This document shows positions 35,664-44,123 of a stretch of DNA of 62,694 bases, one piece after another. The stretch is taken from assembly GCA_046734815.1 (NCBI GenBank), contig JBKPRZ010000272.1:1-62694 (forward strand), in the 5' to 3' direction. Position 1 is the first letter of the stretch. Every line of letters starts with the position of its first letter. Under the pieces are notes generated by a model that worked only from the letters and a program-made list of their open reading frames with translations, searched no databases and was not told where the DNA came from. The stretch is from Myxococcota bacterium (GTDB taxonomy: Bacteria > Myxococcota_A > Polyangia > Fen-1088). Both the position numbers and the translations under genes were made by a program.

Positions 35664-37244
35664 ATGGCGAAACTCACCGGTCTCGCGAAGGCGATGCTCG
35701 GACTGCTGGTTGGCGGTGCCGTGGTCGCTGCCCTCTTCACCCACGGCGATCGCCTGAAGGCGCTGATCAGCGGCGTGGGAACACGCACGACTACCACCAC
35801 CCCCGGGGTCACCCCGCCGAAGCCGCGCCCTACCGGGCAGGTGGTCATCGGATTGTGTGAATGGCCCGGACACATGCCGTTCGTGATCGCCAACGGCAAC
35901 CTGACCACGCAGCCTGGATCGGCGGTGGCCAACGAGGGCCTCGACCTCAAGATCGTGTTCATCGAAGACCCGGTCAAGAAGAACCAGGCCCTGCTCGACG
36001 GGACGGTCGACGCGGTCTGGTCGACCGTCGACGAGATGCCGATCAACATGGCCACGTACCGCAACGCCAACGTCGTGGCCAAGGCGTTCATGCAGATCGA
36101 CTGGTCCCGCGGCGGCGACGCCTGCGTGGCCAGCGCGGAGGTCAAAGCGGTCGACGACCTGCTGGGCAAGAAGGCGGCCATGTTGATGTTCTCGCCCGAA
36201 CACACGTTGTTCGAGTTCATGATCACCAACTCCCGGCTCACCGCCACTCAGCTCACCCGGATACGCGCCGACGCCGCCTTCTCGCCCGACGATCCGCTGT
36301 TCGCGCGCAAGCAGTTCGTGGACAAGAAAGTGGATGTGGCCTGCGTCTGGGAGCCCGACGTCAGCCTGGCCATCACCAGCCGCCCCGGGGCGCACCGTCT
36401 GTTCTCCACCGAAGATGCCAGCGAGCTGATAGCCGACGTGTTGCTGGTGCGACAGGACCTGCTGGACAGCAAGCCGGCCCTGCTGGAAAAGATCGCCCGG
36501 CTCTGGTTCGCCGGGGTGGAGAAGGCGGAAGCCGACCGTGAGGCTGCCGCGAAGTTCATCTCCTCGGTCGTGCCCCGGTTCCGTGACGAGTTGGGGCGCG
36601 AGCAGACCCTGCGCTCGTTCCAGTGGGTGCGCTGGTCGGGCCTGGCCGACAACGTGAAGTTCTACGGGCTGGACGCCACCCGACCGGCCTTCGACCGCAT
36701 CTACAACCAGGCCGACGCGATCTGGGTCAACTACCCGCAAGCGGAAATCAAGGACCGCTTCGCGCCGGTGACCCTCCGGGACGAGCGCATCATCCGCCGG
36801 ATCTGGGAGACAGCGGGCAAGAAGCTGCCCGTGGCCCGGGCCGAGAAGTACCAGGACGCCACCGCGCTGACCGGGACTGCCATCTTCGCCAAGCCCATCT
36901 CCATCAACTTCCGCGGCGGGAGCTTCGACCTGGACGCCGAGGCGATGGCGGTCGTGAACAGCGAGCTTCTGCCCCAGCTGGAAATCGCCAAGAGCATGTA
37001 CCTACGGGTGGAGGGCAACACCGACTCGCACGGGTCGGCCAGCGTCAATCAGAAGCTGTCCGAGCGCCGGGCCAAGGCGATCCTCGAGTACCTGGTCTCG
37101 CGTGGGATCGATCGCTCGCGCATCGTGGCGCGCGGAAATGGCGCCAGCCGACCGGTGGCCAGCAACCGCACCGCCGAGGGCCGGGCCATGAACCGCCGGA
37201 CCGAGATCATGTTCATCCCGGCCAAGCGCAACCCGCCCTCCTGA
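35664..37244 (+). CDS. Membrane-anchored fusion of an NMT1/TauA-like solute-binding domain and a C-terminal OmpA-like peptidoglycan-binding domain
   Basis: The in-frame ATG gives MAKLTGLAKAMLGLLVGGAVVAALF, a TM anchor. The SBP-like block is VVIGLCEWPGHMPFVIANGN...GLDLKIVFIEDPVKKNQALLDGTVDAVWSTVDE. The C-terminal OmpA signature is VEGNTDSHGSASVNQKLSERRAKAILEYLVSRGI...GNGASRPVASNRTAEGRAMNRRTEI. Confidence 0.75.
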   Translation: MAKLTGLAKAMLGLLVGGAVVAALFTHGDRLKALISGVGTRTTTTTPGVTPPKPRPTGQVVIGLCEWPGHMPFVIANGNLTTQPGSAVANEGLDLKIVFIEDPVKKNQALLDGTVDAVWSTVDEMPINMATYRNANVVAKAFMQIDWSRGGDACVASAEVKAVDDLLGKKAAMLMFSPEHTLFEFMITNSRLTATQLTRIRADAAFSPDDPLFARKQFVDKKVDVACVWEPDVSLAITSRPGAHRLFSTEDASELIADVLLVRQDLLDSKPALLEKIARLWFAGVEKAEADREAAAKFISSVVPRFRDELGREQTLRSFQWVRWSGLADNVKFYGLDATRPAFDRIYNQADAIWVNYPQAEIKDRFAPVTLRDERIIRRIWETAGKKLPVARAEKYQDATALTGTAIFAKPISINFRGGSFDLDAEAMAVVNSELLPQLEIAKSMYLRVEGNTDSHGSASVNQKLSERRAKAILEYLVSRGIDRSRIVARGNGASRPVASNRTAEGRAMNRRTEIMFIPAKRNPPS

Positions 37245-38189
37245 TCAGAAGAGCGACCAGAGCAGGCTGACCACCACCGCCCCGGCCAGGCAGCCCAGGA
37301 CCAGGGGTCGCCAGCCGCCGGTCACCCAGGACATCCCCGCGCGCCGCGCGCTCATCGCTCTGGCCTTCCAGCCCGCCAGCGCGGAGGTGGAGACGCCGTT
37401 GGTGGCCACCACCTCGCGCGGGCTGGTGATGCGCTCGGCGGAGGCCTCGTCGGGCCGCGCGCCGAAGGTGAAAAGGCCCGAGGGGGTCGTGGTCACCAGC
37501 TTGGGATCGATGACCGTCGACGCCGTGGCGGTGGGCATCGATAGGACCTTGGCGGCGGCCACCCTGGGCACGGCGTTGACGATGGTGCCCCGGGCGTTGT
37601 CCAGCACCGAGGTCGAGATGCTGAGGCGCAGATGCGGCACACCCTGCTCGTCGCTGGGCTCGAGCATGATCGAGTCCAGGGTACCCTCGCGCGCCAGCGC
37701 CCCCGGGTGCTGCAGGAAGGTGATCCGCACGCCCGAGTGCAGCCGCATGAACGGCAGTCGTGTGGCCAGGCGCACCTCCTCGCCGACCACGCTGGCCTGG
37801 CAACGGATGGGTGCGGACAACCCCTCGAACCAGACGTCCACCGGCTGTCGTTCGCCGTCCGCCGGATCGACCAGCTGGCGCAGGAACTCGACGTCACGCT
37901 TCTCCAGGTCCAGGAACTCGATCCCCGCGCCGGGGCTGCGCAGCGGGGCGTTCCGCGACACCTCCCGCACCCAGGCCACCCGTCCGCGCACGGTCCGGGT
38001 CTGCCGGGCCAGGCTCAGGCGGCACATGACCTCGGTCCCGGCGGCGGGCACCTCGGCGCCCGAAATGGTGACGAACATGCCCAGCGGACTCAGATTCTGG
38101 ATCCGGACAACGATGTCGTTGAGGCGCCCGGCCGCCTTCAGGAAGGCCTTGCTCTGGTAGACGATGCGGTGCTGGCGACGCAGCTCCAT
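37245..38189 (-). CDS. PilZ-domain (c-di-GMP receptor-like) protein with a C-terminal transmembrane tail anchor
   Basis: ATG 38189 gives MELRRQHRIV and has GGGAGA 9 nt upstream. The PilZ motifs RRQHR and NLSPLG are about 25 residues apart. The C-terminus is WRPLVLGCLAGAVVVSLLWSLF. Confidence 0.7.
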   Translation of the reverse strand: MELRRQHRIVYQSKAFLKAAGRLNDIVVRIQNLSPLGMFVTISGAEVPAAGTEVMCRLSLARQTRTVRGRVAWVREVSRNAPLRSPGAGIEFLDLEKRDVEFLRQLVDPADGERQPVDVWFEGLSAPIRCQASVVGEEVRLATRLPFMRLHSGVRITFLQHPGALAREGTLDSIMLEPSDEQGVPHLRLSISTSVLDNARGTIVNAVPRVAAAKVLSMPTATASTVIDPKLVTTTPSGLFTFGARPDEASAERITSPREVVATNGVSTSALAGWKARAMSARRAGMSWVTGGWRPLVLGCLAGAVVVSLLWSLF

Positions 38190-38582
38190 CCGGTGATCTC
38201 CCAACCATGCACGGTGGAAAAAGGTCACCATGATGCCCGAAGCGCCCCCGGACGCAAGCCACGCCGCCGGCGCCGCCACCAGACTGCCCCGGATGATCCG
38301 TAAGGCACGATATCCAGCCAACGTTTGCTGAAGTTGCGCCTTGCCTTCGCCCGGTAGAACGCGCTAGGGCTCTTGAAGATCAGGCCTCGCTTTTCAGGGG
38401 CGTCACCCAAACCCAATCTCGGTCGACTCGGCGCTGTCGTTCAAGCGCATGAGGCGTCCAAATCGGGCGTCGAGAGGTCGGCCCGAGATCACCCCCGTAA
38501 CCGACCTGTTCCCGGCAAGAAACCTGGGTGCAACGGCAGGTATGTTCTGCTGGCCCTCGCGGAGGAGAGGCGGAGGAGCCCG

Positions 38583-39407
38583 ATGCGCAACCAAACAGCC
38601 CAACGATCGATCTGGAAGGTCATCTTCTTCAACCAGTACAACCTTCTGTTCATGGCGGGGGCGGTGGCCTTCTCGCTGGCCCTGGCCTCCCGGTGGCCGC
38701 TGGTGCTGGGAGCCGCTGTCGAGATGGCGTGGTTGCTGGCCGCCCTGGTCAGCCGCCGCCCGCGCCGCTGGGCCGCCCGCCACATCCTCGAGCAGGACCG
38801 GGCCGTTCGCGAGTCGGACATCGCCCCGGTGTTCCAGTCGCTGGGACCCGATTACGCGGCCCGGGTCGAAAAGCTCGAGGGCATAGGGGCCGACATCCGG
38901 CGGCTGGTCTGGGAGCGAGGGCTGGACGGCGCCCTGTACTCCGGCGACGAGAACCGCCTGGAGTCGTTGTTGATGGGCTTCTGCCGCATGTCCGCGCTGC
39001 ACGAGCGGCTGTCCCGCTTCGTCGGCACCACCAACCCGGCCCAGCTGGAACAGGAGCTGGTGGGCCTGGGCCAGTCGCTGTCCGCCGAGAAAGATCCGTC
39101 GCTGCGCTACCTGCTGCAGCAGGCGCTGGCCATCGCCCAGGCCCGCTTCGAACAGCAGGAGCAGATGGGCAGCCAGCTGCGGCTGCTCGGCGTGCGGATG
39201 GGCACGCTGGAGATGTCGCTCGACTACCTGCGTTCCCAGATCTTCGCCGGCCGGTCGCGGCAGGAGCTGTCGGCCGAGATCGCCCAGATGGTCGGCAACC
39301 TCAGCTTCCTGCTGGACATCGAGGCCGAGGTCAACACCTCGGTCGAACGCATCCAGCCCACCGTGGTCCCGGCCAACGCCAGCCAGGCCATCCGCGGCGG
39401 CTCCTAG
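38583..39407 (+). CDS. Hypothetical membrane protein (two N-terminal TM helices plus a helical or coiled-coil-like C-terminal region)
   Basis: The in-frame ATG is preceded by GGAGGAG. The sequence MRNQTAQRSIWKVIFFNQYNLLFMAGAVAFSLALASRWPLVLGAAVEMAWLLAALV is followed by Leu/Gln/Glu-rich helices. I recognised no family. Confidence 0.55.
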   Translation: MRNQTAQRSIWKVIFFNQYNLLFMAGAVAFSLALASRWPLVLGAAVEMAWLLAALVSRRPRRWAARHILEQDRAVRESDIAPVFQSLGPDYAARVEKLEGIGADIRRLVWERGLDGALYSGDENRLESLLMGFCRMSALHERLSRFVGTTNPAQLEQELVGLGQSLSAEKDPSLRYLLQQALAIAQARFEQQEQMGSQLRLLGVRMGTLEMSLDYLRSQIFAGRSRQELSAEIAQMVGNLSFLLDIEAEVNTSVERIQPTVVPANASQAIRGGS

Positions 39408-39417
39408 CTCGCCGGCC

Positions 39418-40197
39418 TCACACCAGACGCTCCGTCTCGATCACGCCGCGGCGCCTGAGCTCGCGCTTCAGGCCCGCGTACCAGCGATCGCCGAGCAGGT
39501 CATGGGCTGCGCAGTGACGGTCGATCGCCTGCTGGCGCTCTGCCGTCGGCTCCTCGAACATCGCCCGGCACAGGCCCGCCTCCAGGTTCGACAGCGGCAG
39601 GATGTAGCCCTGCACGCCGGGCGTGCTGGTCAGGCAGAGGTGTTCCCAGCCCTGGAACACCGGCACGCCGGTGCCCGCCCCCACCAGCGCGCGGGTCAGC
39701 TCGACTGACCCGCCCGAGTCCTTGACCCCCACCACGGTCCCGCCGCGACACAGATCGATCAGGGTATCCAGGGCCAGCGGCGTGCCGGTGAGCTTCGGTT
39801 CGTTGTAGAGGAACAGGGGCAGCCCGCTCTCGCCGGCGACCGCCCGGTAATGCGCCAGCACCTGCTGCTGCGGGAGCTCGCGGCCGAATGGCCCGGGCAC
39901 CACGATCGCGTCCACCTGCAGCTCACGGGCGAGCCGGGCGCGTTCGATGACCTCGGTCGTGGTGGGCAGCTCTATTCCCGCGAGGACCGGCAGCCCCCGC
40001 GCGCACCGGCGGGTGGTCTGCACCACCTCCCGCCATTGGCCGAGCGACAGCGCCCAGCCCTCACCCGAGCTGAGCGCCGGGATGAGCCCGGTGACATCGC
40101 CGCGGACCGATTCGATCAACCTCTCCAGGCTGCGGGCGCAGACCTGGCCCTCCTCGGTCAGCGGCGTGATCAGCGGAACCAGGATCCCTCCGTACAT
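39418..40197 (-). CDS. DapA/N-acetylneuraminate-lyase-family class I aldolase-like protein
   Basis: The protein starts MYGGILVPLITPLTEEGQVCARSLERLIE. It conserves a Tyr context (LFLYNEPKLTG) and a Schiff-base Lys context (VVGVKDSGG), but the usual GTTGE motif is replaced by SSGEG. At 259 aa it is shorter than canonical DapA. Its ATG shares one nucleotide with the upstream stop (TGATG at 40197). Confidence 0.65.
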   Translation of the reverse strand: MYGGILVPLITPLTEEGQVCARSLERLIESVRGDVTGLIPALSSGEGWALSLGQWREVVQTTRRCARGLPVLAGIELPTTTEVIERARLARELQVDAIVVPGPFGRELPQQQVLAHYRAVAGESGLPLFLYNEPKLTGTPLALDTLIDLCRGGTVVGVKDSGGSVELTRALVGAGTGVPVFQGWEHLCLTSTPGVQGYILPLSNLEAGLCRAMFEEPTAERQQAIDRHCAAHDLLGDRWYAGLKRELRRRGVIETERLV

Positions 40198-40703
40198 CAG
40201 GCACCTCCTGCCTCGAACAGCGGAACGCGCAGCTGGAGCGAGCTGCGATACAGAGCCTCCAGCCACTCCGGGAACTCCGCCTCCACCGCTCCGTCGGCGG
40301 GGCTGCGGACCGGCAGGTCCGCCTCCCCGAGCAACGCCGGATCCACGCTGTAGACCAGACCGTTGCGTTCCAGCGCCCGCGCCACCAGCAGGCGCTGGAA
40401 GATGGGCAGCCCCTGGAGCCGCGCTTCGGTGAGCGCGAGCCGCAGGGTGCTCTCCTCGTAGCCCTCCCGCTGGATGCAGCGGTGGCTGTGCAGGCCGTCC
40501 ATGAAGGGATAATAGAGGTCCTGCAATTTGCGGCTGTACCGCCAGATGACGTCGTCGCAGCGTCCGATGTGTTCCCAGCTCATCCACATCGTGGTCTTCA
40601 GCCGTTCGACCACGAACGCCTTGCAACGCAGGCGCAGCGGGTCGGAAGCGGCGTTCATGCCCAGAAAGACGCTGTAGTCGACGTACTCCCGTTCATTGTC
40701 CAT
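40197..40703 (-). CDS. Hypothetical protein (168 aa), family not recognised
   Basis: The composition is protein-like and not Arg/Gly/Pro-skewed: MDNEREYVDYSVFLGMNAASDPLRLRCKAFVVERLKTTMWMSWEHIGRCDDVIWRYSRKLQDLYYPF.... The gene overlaps the upstream aminotransferase by 11 nt and touches the downstream aldolase-like gene. Confidence 0.6.
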   Translation of the reverse strand: MDNEREYVDYSVFLGMNAASDPLRLRCKAFVVERLKTTMWMSWEHIGRCDDVIWRYSRKLQDLYYPFMDGLHSHRCIQREGYEESTLRLALTEARLQGLPIFQRLLVARALERNGLVYSVDPALLGEADLPVRSPADGAVEAEFPEWLEALYRSSLQLRVPLFEAGGA

Positions 40704-41910
40704 ACCGCTGGATCTCCAGGGCCAGCTGCCGGGCCGCCCCCCGGAACATCCGCGGCTCGCGCGCCAGGGCCACCCGCACGAACCGATTGCCCAGGTTGCG
40801 CTGGTTCCAGAAAAAGTAGGTGCCTGGCAACACGTACACGTCGCGGGCCAGCAGCTTGCGGTGGAAGTCCATCGAGTCGACCCCCAGCGCCGAGATGTCC
40901 AGCCAGGCGACGCTCACGTTGATGCGCGGCTCGCAGTCGCGCACCGGCGTGTCGGCCAGGGCCAGCGCCAGCTCGCGGCGGTTGGTGCTGAGCACGTTGC
41001 GCACCGATTCGAAGTCGTCGGCCTCCGAGTCACGCAGGTAGCGGGTGAGCATGTTCAGGGTGAAGGGCGAGACGTTCAGCAGGACGCTGGTCTGGATGTC
41101 GTAGATGGCCGGGTAGATGTCGCGGCTGCTCATCAGGATGGCGCACTTGGCGTCCTGCAGGGGCCAGACCTTCCCGGTATCCTCGATGACGATGTAAGAG
41201 ACGCCCGACGACTCGAGCAGGTCGTAGATGTCGAACCACTTGGCCCGCCCGTCCATCAGCGCGAACGAGGCGAAGCAGCGGTCGATGATCAGCAGCTTGC
41301 CGTGATCGACGCAGAACCGGACCACCTCCTCGAAGGCCGGGCGCCCATCGGTCAGCAAGGTGAAGCCGGTGGGGTTGTTGGGATCCACCAGGAAGAGCGC
41401 ATCGGTGGTCACGCGCCGGCAGAGGTTGTCGTAGATCTGGTCGAGGTCGGCCAGGTCCTCCTCGGGGATCGCGTTGAGGGGGATTTGCTGGTTGCGCAAC
41501 AGATCGTGGAGGTTGTCGAAGCACGGCTCGATCAGCGAGACCGACATCTTCCGCTGCATCAGGAAGGTGGCGGCGACCATGGTCGAGATGGAGGACGCGT
41601 AGGCCAGCAGCGCCCGGCCGGTCTGCAGCGCGGTCGGCTGCCGCTGCAGCTCGAAGAAGGCGGTGATGAAGTCCTGCTCGAGGTCGCGCTGCAGACGCTC
41701 CTCCGATTCGTACCAGAGCTGCGGCAGGCTCTCGACGATCTGACGCTGCGTGGGCGACTGACGCTGGTGGGTGTGCGCGTCGGCGAGGTTGAAGCGCCGG
41801 GTGAGCGCGTGGATCTCGTGCTGGGTGATGTCCGTCAGCCGGTCGGCGAGAGGGTTGCGGGCGACGGGAGCGGGGCGGCGGCGGGCGACGGCCGGGGATG
41901 TCGAGATCAT
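40693..41910 (-). CDS. PLP-dependent aminotransferase (fold type I, class I/II-like)
   Basis: ATG 41910 gives MISTSPAVARRRP and is preceded by GGAGG. Fold-type-I blocks are LFLVDPNNPTGF, LLIIDRCFASF and a putative PLP-Lys context IVIEDTGKVWPLQDAK. The C-terminus is RFVRVALARE. Confidence 0.7.
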   Translation of the reverse strand: MISTSPAVARRRPAPVARNPLADRLTDITQHEIHALTRRFNLADAHTHQRQSPTQRQIVESLPQLWYESEERLQRDLEQDFITAFFELQRQPTALQTGRALLAYASSISTMVAATFLMQRKMSVSLIEPCFDNLHDLLRNQQIPLNAIPEEDLADLDQIYDNLCRRVTTDALFLVDPNNPTGFTLLTDGRPAFEEVVRFCVDHGKLLIIDRCFASFALMDGRAKWFDIYDLLESSGVSYIVIEDTGKVWPLQDAKCAILMSSRDIYPAIYDIQTSVLLNVSPFTLNMLTRYLRDSEADDFESVRNVLSTNRRELALALADTPVRDCEPRINVSVAWLDISALGVDSMDFHRKLLARDVYVLPGTYFFWNQRNLGNRFVRVALAREPRMFRGAARQLALEIQRYGQ

Positions 41911-42374
41911 GATGGCCTCCTGGTCTGGTCTGGCTGGTTTGGATGGCTGTGCGGCATACAGCCCAACGGCAAAGACCGCTGAATATTGCTGCCGTAAGAT
42001 TTGGAATCGAAACACAGAACGTTATCGCGGCAATTACCGGTCCTGTACGATTCGCTTCCCGGTTCCTTTCGCGCGTGAGCGCTGTGTAACCTGCAGAGCA
42101 CGTCGGACAGGCACACTTAAGCTGGATTCGCTGCGAGCCAGCCCGGGACGGAGAAACACCGGATTTCGAATTACCGTCGGTGACCATCCCAGGTGGCGAA
42201 TAGGGTTGCGCTTGACGATCGTCTATCAGAGCAGGCCCTGTCTGCAAACCTCATCCGACCCCACACCCGAACATAGGTGTGCGTCGGACGTCAGGCCGCC
42301 GGCGGTCTGCCGAGCCGGTTCCTAGCCACATCGTGCGTGGCCAGATCCTAACGAGCTGAGCTACCAGCGACGGC

Positions 42375-44108
42375 GTGAAGCACTTTAAGTCGATGGCTCC
42401 GTGCACATCGGCTTCTTCCCCGAGCGAGGGCCGTTCCAGCCGGGGTTTCCACTGGCTGGTCGTCACTCTGGCGCTGGCAGGGTGTGTGGGGAGCGTGGGC
42501 AGCTCAGGGGGCCCGGACCCAGGGGCGCCGGCGCCGGGTGGAAACGCCCCGCCGGGAATGGCCGACCCGCAGAGGCAGGCGCCTGCCCCGGGGTCGGTCA
42601 CCGCGGGCGTGGCGCCGATGAGACGCCTCAGCGTCGAGCAATACCGGAATACCGTGCGGGACCTGCTGGGCGTCGAGGTGCCGGTGCTGTCGCTGCCCGG
42701 AGACGAGGTCATCGACGACCGGTACTTCAGCAACGTCGGGAACCCACTCAAGAGCGTCGATCTCGACCGCTACGTGGATGCTGCCGAGCTTCTGGCCAAG
42801 GCGGCGGTAGCAAGGCTGGCCGGACTGGTGAGCTGCGACCCGAACGCGGTCGGCGCGGCCGTCTGCGCGCATACCTTCATCGAACGGTTCGGTCGCCGCG
42901 CCTACCGGCGGCCGCTCTCGCCCGAGGAGGTGGCCAGGCTAGAGATGGTGTTCGCGGCGGCGGGGGGCGCATTCAGCGACGGGATCGAAGCGGTGGTGGC
43001 GGCGCTGCTGCAGTCGCCGAAGTTCCTGTACCTGGTGGAGCCGGTGCCGGCCCAGGCGGCCGGGAAGGTGGTGCCGGTGGATCCGTGGGCCCTGGCCTCC
43101 CGGCTGTCCTATTTCCTGCTCGGCACCATGCCCGACGACGCCCTGCTGGATGCCGCCGGCCGCGGGGACCTGGCCACCCCGGCGGCGGTCGCCCAGCAGG
43201 CGATGCGGCTGTCGAAGGATCCCCGATTCCGGGCCAACGTGGCCAGCTTCCACGACCAGTGGCTGCTGCTGCGCGAGCTGGGCGGCGCCGACAAGGACCC
43301 GATGTTGTTCCCGGACTGGGGCCCCGAGCTCAAATCCGCCCTGGCCGAGGAGAGCCGGCGGTTCGTCGAGCAGGTCATGAGCGAGGAGGATGGACGGGTC
43401 GAGACCCTGCTGTCGGCGTCGTTCTCCATGCTCAACGGGCCGCTGTACGACTTCTACGGTGTCCCGAAACCGGCCGGCGCCTCGGCCGCCACCTGGCAGA
43501 AGGCGGCCCTGGATCCGCAACAGCGGGCGGGCATCGCCACCCAGGCCAGCCTGCTCGCCGCGCAGGCGCACGCCAACCAGACCTCGTACATCCTGCGCGG
43601 CAAGCTGGTGCGCGAGTCGCTGTTCTGCACGCCCATCCCCCCGCCCCCTCCCGAAGCGGCGAACGTGGAAAGCTCCCTGCCCCCCACCGCCAGCGCACGC
43701 GACCGGGCCGCCGCCCACCGGATCAGGCCCGAATGCGCCACCTGCCACGAGCTGTTCGATCCCATCGGCTTCGCCTTCGAGAACTACGACGCCACCGGGC
43801 GCTACCGGGTTAGGGAGGCGGGCGGTCAGCCGATCGATGCCGCCATCCAGGTGACCGGCACGCGCGACCTGGACGGTCCAGTGGCCAATGCGGTCGAGCT
43901 GCTGCACAAGATCTCCACCGCCGCCGAGGTGCGCGACTGCATCGCCCGGCAATGGATGCGGTTCGCGCTGGGGCGGGTCGAGAGCGACGACGACGCCCCC
44001 TCGCTGGCGGAGGCGCGCCGGGCCCTGCGGGAGGGCGGGCGCATCCAGGACCTCGTGGCGGCGCTGACCCGCTCGGATTCCTTCCGCTACCAGCGGGTCA
44101 GCCCCTGA
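42375..44108 (+). CDS. DUF1592/DUF1588/DUF1585-type lipoprotein, paralogue of 30512-32179, without an adjacent DUF1552 partner
   Basis: The lipobox lies in HWLVVTLALAGC. Family blocks are LSVEQYRNTVRDLLG, RFGRRAYRRPLSPEE, LLQSPKFLYLVE, DQWLLL, TSYILRGK and CATCHELFDPIGFAFENYDATGRYR. The start is GTG 42375 or ATG 42393. Confidence 0.75.
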   Translation: MKHFKSMAPCTSASSPSEGRSSRGFHWLVVTLALAGCVGSVGSSGGPDPGAPAPGGNAPPGMADPQRQAPAPGSVTAGVAPMRRLSVEQYRNTVRDLLGVEVPVLSLPGDEVIDDRYFSNVGNPLKSVDLDRYVDAAELLAKAAVARLAGLVSCDPNAVGAAVCAHTFIERFGRRAYRRPLSPEEVARLEMVFAAAGGAFSDGIEAVVAALLQSPKFLYLVEPVPAQAAGKVVPVDPWALASRLSYFLLGTMPDDALLDAAGRGDLATPAAVAQQAMRLSKDPRFRANVASFHDQWLLLRELGGADKDPMLFPDWGPELKSALAEESRRFVEQVMSEEDGRVETLLSASFSMLNGPLYDFYGVPKPAGASAATWQKAALDPQQRAGIATQASLLAAQAHANQTSYILRGKLVRESLFCTPIPPPPPEAANVESSLPPTASARDRAAAHRIRPECATCHELFDPIGFAFENYDATGRYRVREAGGQPIDAAIQVTGTRDLDGPVANAVELLHKISTAAEVRDCIARQWMRFALGRVESDDDAPSLAEARRALREGGRIQDLVAALTRSDSFRYQRVSP

Positions 44109-44123
44109 CCAGCGCCCACCGCC

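Noticed and set aside
41771-42325. ORFs 41771..42325 (+), 41907..42116 (-) and 42251..42751 (-) in the lower-GC spacer.
   Set aside because: They have no recognisable family and an odd Cys/Arg-rich composition. They overlap the aminotransferase start or the DUF1592-like start, so they are probably spurious.
42320-42372. A functional tRNA-Arg(ACG) gene on the minus strand.
   Set aside because: Only the D-arm-like and anticodon-arm-like parts are present. The loop lacks U33, the D-stem pairs poorly, there is no T-arm with TTCGAAT, and there is no 7-bp acceptor stem. At best this is a pseudogene or fragment, and it is reported as a finding only.
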